Assembly (NCBI GenBank): GCA_965603825.1
Contig: CBFDEM010000054.1
Span: 781,980 to 845,979 of the forward strand
Direction: 5' to 3'
Source: Blepharisma stoltei ATCC 30299
Lineage: Eukaryota; Protista; Ciliophora
DNA length: 64,000 nt
A model generated the notes under the pieces. That model made no database searches and was not told the DNA's origin. It was given only the letters and a program-made list of their open reading frames with translations. How positions within the stretch are numbered: the stretch's first letter is position 1; each line of letters opens with the position of its first letter. This document shows, piece by piece, positions 13,410 to 26,670 of this stretch. Position numbers and translations under genes: made by a program.

Positions 13410-14330
13410 ATGTCGTTAATTGAGGGTATAAAAATCAACGAAGTTTGCGATGATAATGAATGAATAGTTGGAAACAGGAAAAAAGTAATTGAGGATAAGA
13501 AAAATGTAAAAAAAATAAATGAAATTTGCGTGAAGTTTTTGTGAAGGGCTGTCAGCTGCATTTTTAAAAAGAAAATTTCGATTTTTTTTGATTTGTTGCT
13601 TGAAATAAGATGCAAAGATTCAAATGTGCTGAAGTTTTCTTGCAGCATAGATAAAATCCTAAAACTCAAGCAAGAAATTTTGAAATTTCAAACTTTCGAT
13701 TTCATAAAAAAATGATTTTTGATGCATAAAAGTTCTAGATGTGAAATTAAAAATAAAAGTTTAGCTCAATTCTCAAATAGAACTATTCAGAATTATAATA
13801 TAAAATTTTATGAACTCATAGATAAAATCATTCATAAACGAAAGTTAGAAATCCTTTGAAATATCAAACATCATTGTGCTAGATTTTTGGGATATAAAAA
13901 CAGAGAGCTAGATTCAGCCAAAAGGAGCGCAGTTAATCGAAACTGTAATCTATTGAAGGAAAATTTTAATCTTTTTCAAAAAAATGAGAGATTTAAAAGC
14001 CTGAAGAAAAATCAGGAGAAAAGAAGCTTTAATGTTGAAAAAATAAGAGGAATTTTTGATTTAGCAATTATTCTTAATCCAAAATTATTAGTAGTCAAAT
14101 ATGAAGCCTTCCAGAAACTTTATCTTAATTTCATCTCAACAGAACTAAGCTCTAGTCTCAACTTAAAATCTCTTGAGAAAATGCTTATTTATGAAAAAAA
14201 GAAAGTAAAAATGCTGCCAACTTATTTTTTAGAAAATGATGTAGTCAAATCATTAAACTCCACCTATGTAAAAGAAGAAAGTCGACAAATAATATCGTTT
14301 TCAATGAATAAATCTGCCAAAATGCTGTAA
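13410..14330 (+). CDS. Hypothetical basic (Lys-rich) protein, 306 aa
   Basis: ATG at 13410, open with UGA=Trp into the 13887 ORF; divergent from CKAP5 with a 69-nt gap. Confidence 0.6.
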
Positions 14331-14343
14331 TAATTAATATAAT

Positions 14344-16611
14344 TTAGTGATCGCTTTGATAAGACTGTCGCCTAACTCCAATATCAGATGAGCCCAACAA
14401 CTGTTTTCTCTCCGTATCAACATCTTTAACAACAGCCCCGCTATATCCGACTGTAGACCTTCTCATTCTTCCTTTGTCTTCCCAATAGTTATAATTTGCC
14501 TTCGCTTGCTCCAAGCACAGCTTTGTAATCATCTCAGACTTCAAAAATTGGCACCAAACCTCAAACAGTGGTATACAAATATTTTTCAAAAACCCAGCCT
14601 GGCTTTTGGGCAAATCTGTATTTTCTCTATCACAATACATAGAAACTGGCTGTTTTCTTGATTTTTCTACATCTCCTTGCTTAAAGAATTCTTCACATAC
14701 CAACTCGGTCCATTTTTCATGCAAGTCTTTGAGTTTTGCACTGTGGCCAATATCTGCACATTTAAGGCCCATTGATAAAATCAAAGTTTTGTCGTCTTGG
14801 TTCTCCAAATTTAAGTCTAGAAGGCTGAGAGCTCTTGTCCTGAACCTCCCTAAAATTTCAAAATGCCTTGACATGTCTGTTTCAAGGACGATCGCAATGA
14901 TGAGTTTTCTTGCTTTAGCCCAGTCGTCAGGCTGCAATTTTTCAAATATATTGCAGCCGGTTTTTGCCATCATGCTGAATATTTTAAAGCAGTGCATGTT
15001 TTCTAATACACTATTGTCGTTATACTGGATTGCGATTTCATCTCGATTATTTACTAAGAATCTATTTGTAACGCCTGGATGGCCTACATCGTGGCCTAAA
15101 GCCCCAACTATTATAGAAATAGTGTCAAGAGGACTCAAATTTTTTAGAAATTCCCCATTGAGGCAAAAAAATAGCATCGTGTGCAGTACATCAGCAGCGT
15201 GGCAGGCATTGTGATATGGGTTATGATTATATCCCTAAATAATTATTACTTTTTCTACAGTCTGAAAATATTTATCACATACATCTTCTGGAATTGCGAA
15301 ACTTTCCATTAGATTCCACTTTTGAAGCAGATATTTTGCAACTATAAAAATACTATGCCCAGTCGTATTATATACAAACCAAATATCAAAATTTCAGTTT
15401 TTTCCTACTGAAAACAAAACACTTTCCAGCTCTGCTACTCCGTAGCTGTGGAAAGGAAAAGCTGTTTCTTTTTCTGTAATATCACTCATAGTTACTTTTC
15501 TGTCATTTCTTTCTCTGCTCATTTCAACAGTCACATTCATGTAGTTTTCTTTGATAAATGCTTTGTCTTGCTCATCTAAATTTAAGCTCTGCTCAAGCTT
15601 AACATCATCAAAAAAAGATCCATGAGCGACTCTACGCTTGACTTTATCAATCAGTCCCATGGCTTGTTTTAGTCTTTTTTTAACATCTTTAAAAATTATA
15701 ACGTGATAAGCGTATTTTAGCTCTTGCCTGATTTTGTCGCAAGAATTTATTATTATTTCAGTTTCTGATTTTATGTCAATTTTGTTGGTATTTTCGTCGA
15801 TTTTTTTGCTGTGCTCGATTCCTTCTTCTTCTTTTTCTTTTCTTCAGAATAGTTGGCGGGTTCGAAAATCAATCTTTTGGGAATCGAAAGTTTGGAGGAC
15901 GAAAAATAAGCAAATAAGACAAAATTCGCTTAGGGTTGAGTATACTGATAATCGAGAATAACCGATCTCCACACCCAAAAATAGCACTAGAGCATAAACT
16001 ACTAAAATAACTAAGTAATAAAAACATTCAAAAAGAACTAGTCTTAATAGCACTAAGAAGCACACAATACCTATTGACATAGGCAGTCTGCTTTCTGTAT
16101 GATTTGAGTCCGTAATTTCTGATAAAACTCTTTGGTCCCCAACTATAAGGTAAGTAAAAAATAACAAGCCTAAAGCCAAAAAAAATACTCTGTTTTGAAT
16201 AAGAAATCATTGACTTTTATATATGCAGAATAGTAATACATAGCCAAAAAGCACGATTCCACCTAAACATATTAGATGAAATGCAAGCTGAGTGTCTGAA
16301 AGTTTTCCTTCTGAGTGCAGTAATAACGCAAATATTACAAGAATTGCTATATATATTGATAAAAACAAATAAAAGCACAATAGATTGCTTTTAAATTCGG
16401 GACTAGGCTTTGTACATTCATCTTTACATGTATATAAAGCTTGGTAATATTTCTGATTTAAATGCTTATCTGCGAAATTGAGCAAGTTAGGACTAATTGG
16501 AAGGTTAGATACCTCACGGTCTTCATGCTGCAAAATGCTGTATATAGGAGAATTACTCTGCTTTGAAATCGGTTGATCTATAAAATTCAGTTCGAGGATC
16601 TTTGAGGACAT
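14344..16611 (-). CDS. Membrane-anchored class I cyclic-nucleotide phosphodiesterase, 750 aa, one 15-nt intron (15235-15249)
   Basis: About 6 N-terminal TM helices; NPYHNACHAADV, HDVGHPGVTN, SVLENMH, TDM, KCADIGH, EEFFKQGD; ORFs joined through TGA at 16207, 15844, 15394 and intron gtaataattatttag. Confidence 0.92.
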
Positions 16612-17608
16612 CAGTTTTTTGATAAAGTAATTATTAATTTATGAATAATCAATGGAAATCAAATTTGATTTGAAAGATTAGGGTATAGGCAATTTATCAG
16701 GAGTTTTTAATTAAATTCTGAAATAGTTTTTTATTTTTTATTAGAGAATTTAATAAAATCAAGAGCTATTAAAAATTAAAAAGCTAAAGAATTATCAGCA
16801 ATGAAATAAGTTCCTGAGCTTGGAATGATTTTATAAATATAAAAATTTGAGTTTTAATCTTTTATTAACTCTCCAGCTTTGAGTGGATATGACAATTTTT
16901 AAGAAAAATTAATTATTAAAATTATAAACATCAATTAATTCTTTTTTTTAATGTTAATTCATAAAGTTTTACTTCTAAAAATATAATTAAAAAGGCTAAA
17001 AGAATCAATTTTATTTGATAAAGGACGATAATTGATTTTTATAAAGATCTTTAATTTTATTATAATCCTTTTACTTATCAATTTAGTTATGATTATTTTA
17101 TAAAAATTATTAAATATATGTTCGATTTTGCAATTTAATTAATATTTATTATATACTTACTTTTCTCAATTAAATTTAATTTGAAATTTTCATGTAAATT
17201 AAACTTTGCGATTTGCAAATAAATTAAGAGGAGACTTGATTTAATCGAGGTAATATGGCGATAAATATACCAATATAAAAATGAGAGAGATTTACCTTAG
17301 ACCAATGCTTAGCTATATAAATTAGAAGAGCATATAGATACTCAAGAAAGGGATTTGAGCTAATATAGTCTCAAACAGATAATGCCAATAAGTCTTTACG
17401 GAATTTAAAATTTATTATTGTAATAAGAAAATACAATAGACACACTAAACAAAGAATTCTGAAAAAAGATTATAAAAATTATAACGTCTAATTATTATGA
17501 TGGAAATAAAAACCTTTAAAACTAAATTCTCCCAATTAAATTTCCATCTTACTAATCAAGTAAAAATTATCACTGAAAAATTAAAAATAAATTGTCCATT
17601 ATAAAATA

Positions 17609-18421
17609 ATGGCAGAAAGAATTTTTATTGACACCCAATCTGCAAATGCGATGATTGATAACGGTTCTGCATACGTAATAGACTCTACATTATTGCAAAA
17701 CGAAAATTCAAGGATAAAGCATTTTGAAAACAGAATTAGAGGTGCTAAATATTTTTCTATTGCTGAAATCAGAGATACATCTGCACCATTGTCGTTGGCT
17801 TGGCCTACTTTTCAACAGTTTACTGAAGCTATGATTAAGATAAGGCTGCCAAATGATGGAAAAGCAGTTATCGTATATGATCAAACAGGATTTGGGACTG
17901 CTGCAAGAGGATGGGCAATGCTGAAATATTTTGGGTATCCAAATGTGTTTATCCTTGATGGGGGATTGCCTAAATGGGTAGCTGAAGGAAGACCAACTGA
18001 GACTGGGGAATATGAGCTCAATTTTACAGACCCAGTTGATTGGCGTCAATATTTAGTCACTGAGCATCACGAAATGAGGGTTCTTATAGACACAGTCGAA
18101 CAAATAGTGAACCAAAAGAATAGCGGGGACAACAGGTTTGCCATTTGGGACCCAAGACCGCCCAATATGTTCCAAGCAGGCAGTATCCCTACTGCAGTTA
18201 ATCTGCCAGCTTCCACATTCTTTAATGCTGATAAAACTATCAAGTCTCCAGAAGAGGTCAGAGAACTGCTTCAGCAACACGGCTTAGGAGGGGAAGTCAT
18301 TACATCTTGCATGAAAGGAATTAATGCATCTTTAGGCTATGCCTTACAGAAATACTCAGGAAATGATCATGCTCATATATACACTGGGTCTTTTGAAGAG
18401 TGGAAAAAGCTTAAAGGCTAA
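17609..18421 (+). CDS. Tandem-rhodanese sulfurtransferase (TST/MPST-like)
   Basis: VIVYD, AARGWAML..FG, ILDGGLPKW..EG, catalytic loop SCMKGINAS, YTGSFEEW. Confidence 0.88.
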   Translation: MAERIFIDTQSANAMIDNGSAYVIDSTLLQNENSRIKHFENRIRGAKYFSIAEIRDTSAPLSLAWPTFQQFTEAMIKIRLPNDGKAVIVYDQTGFGTAARGWAMLKYFGYPNVFILDGGLPKWVAEGRPTETGEYELNFTDPVDWRQYLVTEHHEMRVLIDTVEQIVNQKNSGDNRFAIWDPRPPNMFQAGSIPTAVNLPASTFFNADKTIKSPEEVRELLQQHGLGGEVITSCMKGINASLGYALQKYSGNDHAHIYTGSFEEWKKLKG

Positions 18422-18514
18422 AAATAATTCTTTTTACTGCAATGAATTAGAATTTCTAACATTAATAAAGTTCACATAAAAATAAGTTGCCATATTCATT
18501 TAAAACTCATCTTA

Positions 18515-19714
18515 ATGTCTAAGCATAATTTTATGCTTTTCACATTGTTTCTATTACTTGGAACTGCTATTAGTGATCAAATTGTAAGTGTCGTCTCCAC
18601 ATTTAGACATGGTGCAAGAGCTCCGATGTCACAATCTTCATGAGACAAAGGAATCTGGCCTCAAGGCTATGCTGAATTAACTCCTGCAGGAATGAGGCAG
18701 CAATATCTGAACGGAGTCGAAATGGCTTATAGGTACATTAGCCAGTCACAGACTATCAGCCCCACCTACACAGCTGCAGAAATTTACGTAAGGTCAACAG
18801 ATACAAACCGGACTATTATGAGTGCCCAAAGTCAATTATTTGGGATATATCCAACAGGTCCTCAAATTGCAACCCAAGCTTTGCAGCAAGGTGCAGTTCC
18901 ACCTTTTAAAGTAAAAAACCAGCAGCAATATATCTCCGCATTAGGAACAAATGCACTTCCTAATGGGTTTCAGCCTATTCCAATCCATGTGGTATCGGCC
19001 AATTATGATAATATGCTAGTTGGGTACACAACTGCAGCATGTCCCAGGTTTGCTGAAATTCTTCAGCAGCAACAAGAATCTGAAGAATACCAAAGAAAAG
19101 TCAGTATTTATTCCCGAGGGCTGCAGAACCAAGTTTACCAAGTTTTTAAAGAAAATGTCACCTATGAAATGGCTGGGTATATGTGTGACACGCTGACTGC
19201 TGACAAATTTCATGGTTTCCCTTTGCCTGATGGAGTTACAGACGATCTTTACTATGAAATGTACGCAAACCAGAATTACACGAACAGCTATTTTTATACC
19301 CCAGAAGGCGCTAGACTAGCAGGGTCCCAATTTTTCCAAGCGGTTATAAATCAGTTTGATGGGACTATTAATGGAACTTCAAGCATAAAATTTGGATTTT
19401 ATTCAGCACATGATACAACACTTATAGGATTTTTAATTTTTCTTGGGGTTTGGGACGGAAATAACCCAATTTATGCATCAAGTTTGATTTTTGAGCTTCA
19501 CAATAATGCAGGAAATTACGCTGTTCATATTTCGTACAATGGAGATATAATTTTGCTAGATGGGTGTACAGATCCTTGTCCTTATGAAACTTTTAAAACG
19601 ATGATGGAAGATAAAATAGTGCCAAATGTAACAGAAGCTTGCCAATTACAAGGTAATGGAAGGATGCTTAGGTATAACTATAACCCATATCTTGATATTG
19701 ATACTTTAACTTAA
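18515..19714 (+). CDS. Secreted/lysosomal histidine acid phosphatase
   Basis: Signal peptide, FRHGARAP, GYAELTPAG, RST..NRTIMSA, SAHDTT; one TGA=W upstream of the called ORF. Confidence 0.92.
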
Positions 19715-20197
19715 TTAAGAATGAGTTAGTAAAAAAATAAAAATTTCAGGTAAAAATAAATTTATTTAATTCTTTAGATGAGAAAGCACATTGGATAACC
19801 TCAAATTAATATAGAGGGCTAAAGCACAAGCTATAATAGTTGCTGTATTAGGAAATATATACAAATTACCTTATTTTTATCCCATTATATAGTCTTCATT
19901 AGCCATTATAAATGGAAATTATCCTAAGCTGATCGGGATAACACACATTCCTACCTACAAATTTTTATTTATAAAATAACTATTTATTAATCATGCCCGA
20001 ATTCAAATAAATTTTCTATGATTTATTTTTTATTTTTATTTCTTAAATTTATGTTGGCTTATCTGATATCAATATATAAATATATTCTAATTATTATTTT
20101 TCCTTTATGAAGAAAATTCTTATCTAAATTATCCAATTTTTAGTCATATCTTGCCATATTCGGCCAAAAATAAACCACATATAATAATAAAAAGGTC

Positions 20198-20389
20198 ATG
20201 GGAAATACTGCAGTAAGACAGAGCTTCACACACATTTCACACACCAACAAGCAATCTAATTTAAGCACCAAATTCACTCAATCGGCTAGTTCAATGCAAC
20301 CAACGCATCAAAGTCAACATCAAGGAATTAATTATTCTTCAGTGTTTGATGAAGGAAAGGTATGGGCAAGTGCAATTTATGTTGACTAA
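20198..20389 (+). CDS. Possible small protein (63 aa) with MGN myristoylation-like start
   Basis: Higher-GC ORF inside AT-rich DNA; no recognisable domain. Confidence 0.35.
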   Translation: MGNTAVRQSFTHISHTNKQSNLSTKFTQSASSMQPTHQSQHQGINYSSVFDEGKVWASAIYVD

Positions 20390-21514
20390 TTAACTTCTGA
20401 ATAACCTTCAGAATTATAAATAATTAAGTTAAATTCTTAAAACCAAAGGATTTAGATTTTTGGCTGGATATTTTTGGAGTTGGTCCCAAAACTGAACGAA
20501 ATTACTGAAATAAAATGGGATATGGATGGGAAGTCGAAATTTTGAAATACAAAAATGATTAGGTAAAATAAGAAAAATTATTATAAATAAAATTAAAAGC
20601 AGTGATTTATATTTAAAGATTGGCTGATCTGGGAAAATATTATGATAAAAATTTTAAAAGGTTAATGAGTGAGATTATGAATAGCAAGAAAAACATTTGG
20701 ATTATTCAGTTTATTTGTGTAGATTATAATTTAATAGATGAGTCTATATACAATTCATATATTTGGCTGCCTGGAATTATGCTGATAAAGAAATTATAAA
20801 AGGGAGAATAATTAGTGCCGGGATTATTACTTCATATTTAAAATAGCAATTTTAATAAATGTCGCTTTCTGATTAAATTATTTCCAAGCTAAGTAAGTAC
20901 CTTTCATGTTTTATTCAAAAACTTTAGGCTATTATGGATAAAGGTTAAAATGACTGAAAAAATTTCTGCACATAAATTGGATAAGAAAATGCATTAAAGT
21001 ATGCAAATTTCATATTAAAATTTTATAATATTAAAGATTAATTTATAGCATTATCTACAAATAAATGCTTTAATGCATTTTGAATTCACATCCTTTAGCC
21101 TCAATGAATTTAAATCGACTTCTTTCTTATAAATGTCCCATGGCCTGAAGACTTCACACACTTTTTATACTTTCCTTCTAATTTTTGTGTCCATAAACTC
21201 TATCTAGTAGTCTGTGTCAAAGGCCCCTTGCTCCTAGCCATTTTTTCGTAATATTTTGGTCTATTTAATTTTTTTCCAAAGAAATTTAAAATATACCATT
21301 TTGGTATGAATAAATCTCTAATATAAATGCAAAGTGGCTAAATAAATTTCAGTTCTCTTGTGCAATTCACTTTTATGCATTTTTTTGATTAATCAAATAA
21401 AAATTTTTAAGCTATTTGTTAAAAATTAAATATTTTGGCAAGAAAATGAGACATATAATAATTAGAAAACTTCTTTTTCATATTAATAGACATTATGGGT
21501 AAACAATAAAATTA

Positions 21515-22360
21515 TTAATTTTCAGCATTAGCTATTTTTCTAGCCTTAAAGCAAAATCCAGGAGTATACTCTCCTGTCATCAATTCTCTCGATTGCTGAG
21601 ATTTATTTGAAAAATCAAAATTTGGATTAGTTTCATATCCTTTCGCCCCAACCAATTCAAACCCACATCTTTCCAAAGCATTCTTTACGTCATCAAGAGT
21701 CCAAACTGTAGCATTAAAAACAAATTTTTCTTGCCTTGTTTTCATATCCATAAATGCATACTCAATTTTAGCAATTTCTCCATCATAAAACAGCCTTTTT
21801 AAATTTGTGTACCAATCAACACTCATCAGTTCCTGAAATTTGCTAAATTCTTGGATTTCTTTAGGATTTACAGTCACAAATGAATAAATTCCTCCAATTT
21901 TCAAAAATTTATTTGTTGCTTTAAATCCAGACTCTAGCTGTGTTATAGAGCTTGCATTGCAAATTAGCCAAAAATCTGCAACTGCGTCAAAATAGTCGCT
22001 ATATATATCAAGTGGGAGAGCTTGGCTAATGGAATCTATAGAGAAACAATCAGCCTTATATATGCTGTATTTACTAGAGTCACTTCCTATAGAGCTTAAG
22101 TAGTATTTTGCATTGTTTACCATATTTGCATCTACATCAAGCCCAACTACTAGGGAAGCTCCTTTTTCTAGAAAATGTGGAATCTCTGTTGCAGGGCCGC
22201 ATGCTAAATTCAGGATTTTCATTCCATCTAAAGCAGTGCCAGAGTATGAGCCATCATTTGATAAACTTTTTATGATGGTGTACTCGTGGCAGTTGTAAAA
22301 CAGCGGGTCTGATTTTAAGACAACATAATAATTTGCATCAAATCCACCCTCACTAACCAT
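21515..22360 (-). CDS. Class I SAM-dependent methyltransferase
   Basis: Motif I ILNLACGPA, VVGLDV, ADCF, FDAV, FLKIGG; first ATG at 22360. Confidence 0.8.
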   Translation of the reverse strand: MVSEGGFDANYYVVLKSDPLFYNCHEYTIIKSLSNDGSYSGTALDGMKILNLACGPATEIPHFLEKGASLVVGLDVDANMVNNAKYYLSSIGSDSSKYSIYKADCFSIDSISQALPLDIYSDYFDAVADFWLICNASSITQLESGFKATNKFLKIGGIYSFVTVNPKEIQEFSKFQELMSVDWYTNLKRLFYDGEIAKIEYAFMDMKTRQEKFVFNATVWTLDDVKNALERCGFELVGAKGYETNPNFDFSNKSQQSRELMTGEYTPGFCFKARKIANAEN

Positions 22361-22727
22361 TTTTATTATATTCACAAGTAATCGTTTTTAAGGTGAAGTT
22401 ATTATGCAGCCATATATCTTGTAAAAAATTTGACGTGCTTAATTTGAGATATAAAAAATGCTATGATTTTACTAAATATTTTTAACTGTTTCTATAAAAA
22501 TTATTTGTATTTGCTAAATTTTATATTTCTTTGCAAGATATTAACTCATATAAATCTTTATTAGAATAAGTTTCGCAAAATATCATTTCTAAGCTCATTA
22601 TTGTTTTAAAAAGCGCTTATCTATATCTCTTAATTAGTGACCTTTTTAACAGATTTCAATAAAAAGCTGCATAAAAATCTTTTATATACATTTTCTAACC
22701 ATTTTTAACAATCTTTCATAATTTGAA

Positions 22728-23633
22728 ATGGAAAGAATCGAGAGATACCAAAAAATCGAGAAGATCGGTGAAGGTACTTATGGTGTGGTTTACAAGTCAA
22801 GAGATAGAAATACAGGAGAAATCGTCGCATTAAAGAAGATTCGACTTGAATCAGAAGATGAAGGGGTTCCGTCTACTGCAATTCGTGAGATATCTCTTCT
22901 TAAAACCTTAAGACATCCAAATGTAGTCAAGCTTCACGACGTGGTGCACACTGACCAAAAATTGTACTTGATCTTTGAGTTCTTAGACCACGACCTCAAA
23001 AAGCACATGAATGTATTAGGCAGTCCTTTACCTCCGATGACAGTGAAAAGTTTCTTATATCAAATTCTCTCTTCGTTAGCCTATTGTCATACGCATAGAG
23101 TCTTGCATAGAGATTTGAAGCCTCAAAACATCTTGATTGATAGAGAAGGAAGCGTCAGACTTGCAGATTTTGGCTTAGCAAGAGCATTCGGGTTGCCTAT
23201 TAAAACGTACACTCATGAAGTCGTCACACTCTGGTATAGAGCCCCTGAAATTCTGATGGGAGCTCGGCAGTACTCTACACCTGTAGATATTTGGTCAATT
23301 GGGTGCATTTTTGCAGAAATGGCACAAAAGAGAGCTTTGTTTATGGGTGACTCGGAGATTGACCAGCTTTTTAAGATTTTCAGAGTGCTTGGGACGCCAA
23401 CTGAAGAAACATTCCCTGGTGTCACAGGATTTGCAGACTTTAAGCCGACTTTTCCTAAGTGGCGCGCGCAGAACCTTTCTAGATTTGCTGCGAACCTTGA
23501 TGAAAATGGTTTAGATTTGCTATCCAAAATGGTTTGCTACGACCCAGCTAAAAGAATTTCAGCCAAAGCAGCAATGCTGCATCCATATTTTAATGACTTA
23601 GACACTTCCTGTCTAGCTCCTTATAACGTATAA
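22728..23633 (+). CDS. CDK1: Cyclin-dependent kinase, PSTAIRE class (cdc2/CDK1-2)
   Basis: [44 protein letters not shown]. Confidence 0.95.
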   Translation: MERIERYQKIEKIGEGTYGVVYKSRDRNTGEIVALKKIRLESEDEGVPSTAIREISLLKTLRHPNVVKLHDVVHTDQKLYLIFEFLDHDLKKHMNVLGSPLPPMTVKSFLYQILSSLAYCHTHRVLHRDLKPQNILIDREGSVRLADFGLARAFGLPIKTYTHEVVTLWYRAPEILMGARQYSTPVDIWSIGCIFAEMAQKRALFMGDSEIDQLFKIFRVLGTPTEETFPGVTGFADFKPTFPKWRAQNLSRFAANLDENGLDLLSKMVCYDPAKRISAKAAMLHPYFNDLDTSCLAPYNV

Positions 23634-23712
23634 AATAAAACATTATCCAAGAATACGTCAAACCTGCCGATTTTTTTATTTTTAAGCAAATTCTCTTTAA
23701 GAAAACATAATT

Positions 23713-24255
23713 TTATTGCACTTTTCTTAAATGGTTAAGCCTAACCCTCCCTTTGCACAACGGACACTCTAAAGCGTTCTCTAGTAGCCTTTCCCAGCAT
23801 TTTCTACAGCACACATGTCCGCATTTCGCTGCCATTGGCTCTGCAAACCTCCCATAGCAAATATTACACATCTCATCTTCAGGTATATCTTCTATAGAAT
23901 CTGCAGCGTTATTTGCTAATGCAATGGCTTTGCGATTAGCTAGCAAAACTCTTCGAGAGCCTTTATTTAAGCTTGCTAGGGAAATTTCTTCCTCTTTTGT
24001 TTCTTCTTCTGCTGGCTTTTCCTCGATTTCGATTACCACTTGTAATCCTGCATATGTCAGAGCTCGTTTATAGTCTGTTTGTGTCCTTACAGGCATTTTA
24101 GAGCCTGCTGAATTTAAAATAGAAAATAATAAGTTGCTGCTGGGCATCCCAAAGCTTTTTTTTACTGTTTTCTTCAGCTCTGCTAAAGAAGCAGGAATTT
24201 TTCGAATCGGTAATGTTTCTTTATTGAATTTTAATGTGCAATCTATTGATTCCAT
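23713..24255 (-). CDS. C3HC4 RING-finger protein with PB1-like N-terminus
   Basis: CNIC..CGHVCCRKC..CPLC at the C-terminus. Confidence 0.8.
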   Translation of the reverse strand: MESIDCTLKFNKETLPIRKIPASLAELKKTVKKSFGMPSSNLLFSILNSAGSKMPVRTQTDYKRALTYAGLQVVIEIEEKPAEEETKEEEISLASLNKGSRRVLLANRKAIALANNAADSIEDIPEDEMCNICYGRFAEPMAAKCGHVCCRKCWERLLENALECPLCKGRVRLNHLRKVQ

Positions 24256-24281
24256 ATTATAATTCTAATTTGCTAGTTAAT

Positions 24282-24914
24282 TTAATCCATCCTAGCCTTT
24301 AATGTTCTTGCAGTAATACCAGCAGGAGTAATGATATAAACCACAGCACCCCACCCTGAAAATGCGTCTCTATCAAGTGCTGACAATAAGCATTGAGAAG
24401 CTACCTCAAAGAGTTCTTCTGCCTCTAAATCAGGCTTAACAAAACTTTCACAAGCGCCCAACATCAGCTCGCTCGCAGTTCCAATACAAAAGAAGTTATC
24501 CCCATCAGTCATGCACCCAATTGAATCGCTCGTTGATATGTAGGGTTCGTTGTTCTCGTCTAGCCCAGCTACTAAAGGCTCTATGAAATATGGGCCAAAT
24601 CTTCTGCCATATAGCATATTTGAGATCAGTCATGACAAAGTTTTGGGCTGAATTTGTCTGTTTTCCTTCAAAGCATAAAGATTAAGCTTGTATTTAAGAT
24701 CTGCGCCTATTGTTTGGACATCCCCTCCAAGGCCAATGAAGCCTGCTAAACATTTGTCGGTCATCTTGAAAACACGCTGGAAAGTGGTGCTGACTGTTTT
24801 ATATTGAGCGCCAAGCCTGCGGTCCATTGCTATTGCGACGCAGTTTTTGCCTTTAATTGCAAGGATAGAGCCACCGTGGAAATTGAAGATATTCGACTAA
24901 ATAGATCTTACCAT
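24282..24914 (-). CDS. PSMB3: 20S proteasome subunit beta-3; 15-nt intron (24897-24911) directly after the ATG
   Basis: M|SNIFNFHGGSILAIKGKNCVAIAMDRRLG..RRFGPYFIEP..DRDAFSGWG..LKARMD; TGA=W at 24630. Confidence 0.95.
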
Positions 24915-25100
24915 CTTGCTAAGTTTATAAGAAAATTATTTTGTTATGCATATTATAACGAAAACTGATACTAAATTGCTATATAATTTCCTATTAAATA
25001 AGCGTGCTCAGGGTAAATTAATACCTAGCATTTAGAAAATAAAATTACTAACACAAATGATTAAATAAAAATAATTGGCTTTCTCTGTTATAAAAGACAT

Positions 25101-26591
25101 CTAAATCTGATTCGGCTCCTCTTCATCGCTCTCAAGTTGCCGTATCATGACTCCAGTAAACTCTTCAAAATCTATTTCACCATCTCCATTCACATCAGCA
25201 GCTTTCAGCATTTTGGTAAAATCCCCATAATTATACTCATCTCCTCCTAGCCTCTGTCACAGCTCTTCCAATGAAATTTTCCCATTCCTGTCCATATCAA
25301 AAGCTTGAAACGCTTTATATAATTTATCTTTATTTAAAGCAGTTTTCCAATTAGTAGCTGCAGTCAGGAATTCTGTATAGCTTATTAAACCATTTTGGTC
25401 AATATCGCACTTTTGCATCAACTCATTAGCGTTCATGCTTTCGGTTTGGCTAAATTTAGATAGCCCATTGATAAGCTCTCCTTTAGACAGGGTTCCATCT
25501 TTATTGACATCCAGAGCTAAAAAAACTTCTCTTAAAACTCTTAGCTCTGTATTCGTCGCTATTTGTGACACTATAAAAGTCATCGTGGCTTTTTGTAGTT
25601 TGTTGTGGACGTTGAATAATTTTAAATTAGATAAAGACTCACTGGCTAATGAGATGTCTGGGACTGAATTATTCATTCTTGTTTTTATTCATTCGTGATC
25701 CAAGATATCTGTGATTTTAGGACGATACGCAGGAGATTTGTTAAGCATCCACCTTATCAGCTCTTTGGCTTCTTTTGAAACGTTACTTCAAACTGGTTTT
25801 TTGAAAGAAACTGGTTTGTTGCGGATTTTCTTATATAGTGATTTTTCGTCTTTGGCGTAAAATGGAGGTAGGCCGGATAGCATGATGTAGAGGATAATTC
25901 CAAGGCTTCATACGTCACATTGCATGTCATAGCTACCAGAAATGACTTCTGGGGCCATATAATAGGAAGTTCCAATCATTTTTGAAAGTTTTGAGTGAGG
26001 CTTCAAAAAGTGAGAAGTTCCAAAGTCAATGAGCTTAAGTTTTGCATCAGGACTTTTATTTTCCAATAAAATATTTTCTGGCTTCAAATCTCTGTGCACA
26101 ATTCCAGAAGCATGGCAATATTTTACAGCTGAAACTATTTCAAACATATATTTTGCAGCCTGATTTTCTGAAAAAGACCTGCTTTTCCTTATTTTATTAA
26201 AGAGTTCTCTTCCAGTGCACAGCTCCATAACAATATTCAAATACAAGTCATCTTGGTACACCTCAAAAACTTTGACAATGTTAGGGTGATCTAATTTCTT
26301 CAGTATATTTACTTCTTCTATTAATTTTTCAATATTCGTAGATTTAGAAGACTCTAAAAGAATAGTCTTTATTGCCCTTTCTTGGTTGGTCGTTTTATTC
26401 TTGCCTAGTTTTACTTCGCCAAACCCGCCTTGTCCTAGCGTGGACAATAGTTCATAGTCTTCAGTAATTTTTTTATGAATCAGCACAACAAAATTGCTTT
26501 GTTTTATAACGTATTCCTTCCTTGTTTTCCGCTTAACGAATTCTTGGGATAGTTTTTTGTTTGATTTTGACTTTGTAGAGCAACAGCCCAT
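25101..26591 (-). CDS. Calcium-dependent protein kinase (kinase + 4 EF hands), catalytic motifs intact, 496 aa
   Basis: MGCC acylation start, GQGGFG, AIK, HRDLKPEN, DFG, APE, DV[TGA]SLG, four EF hands, TAG at 25101-25103. Confidence 0.92.
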
Positions 26592-26670
26592 TTTGCCCAA
26601 TAAAAATAATATAATTAATATGGATAATGAATACAGTAATAATTATTAATCTACCACCTTAAAATTTTAT

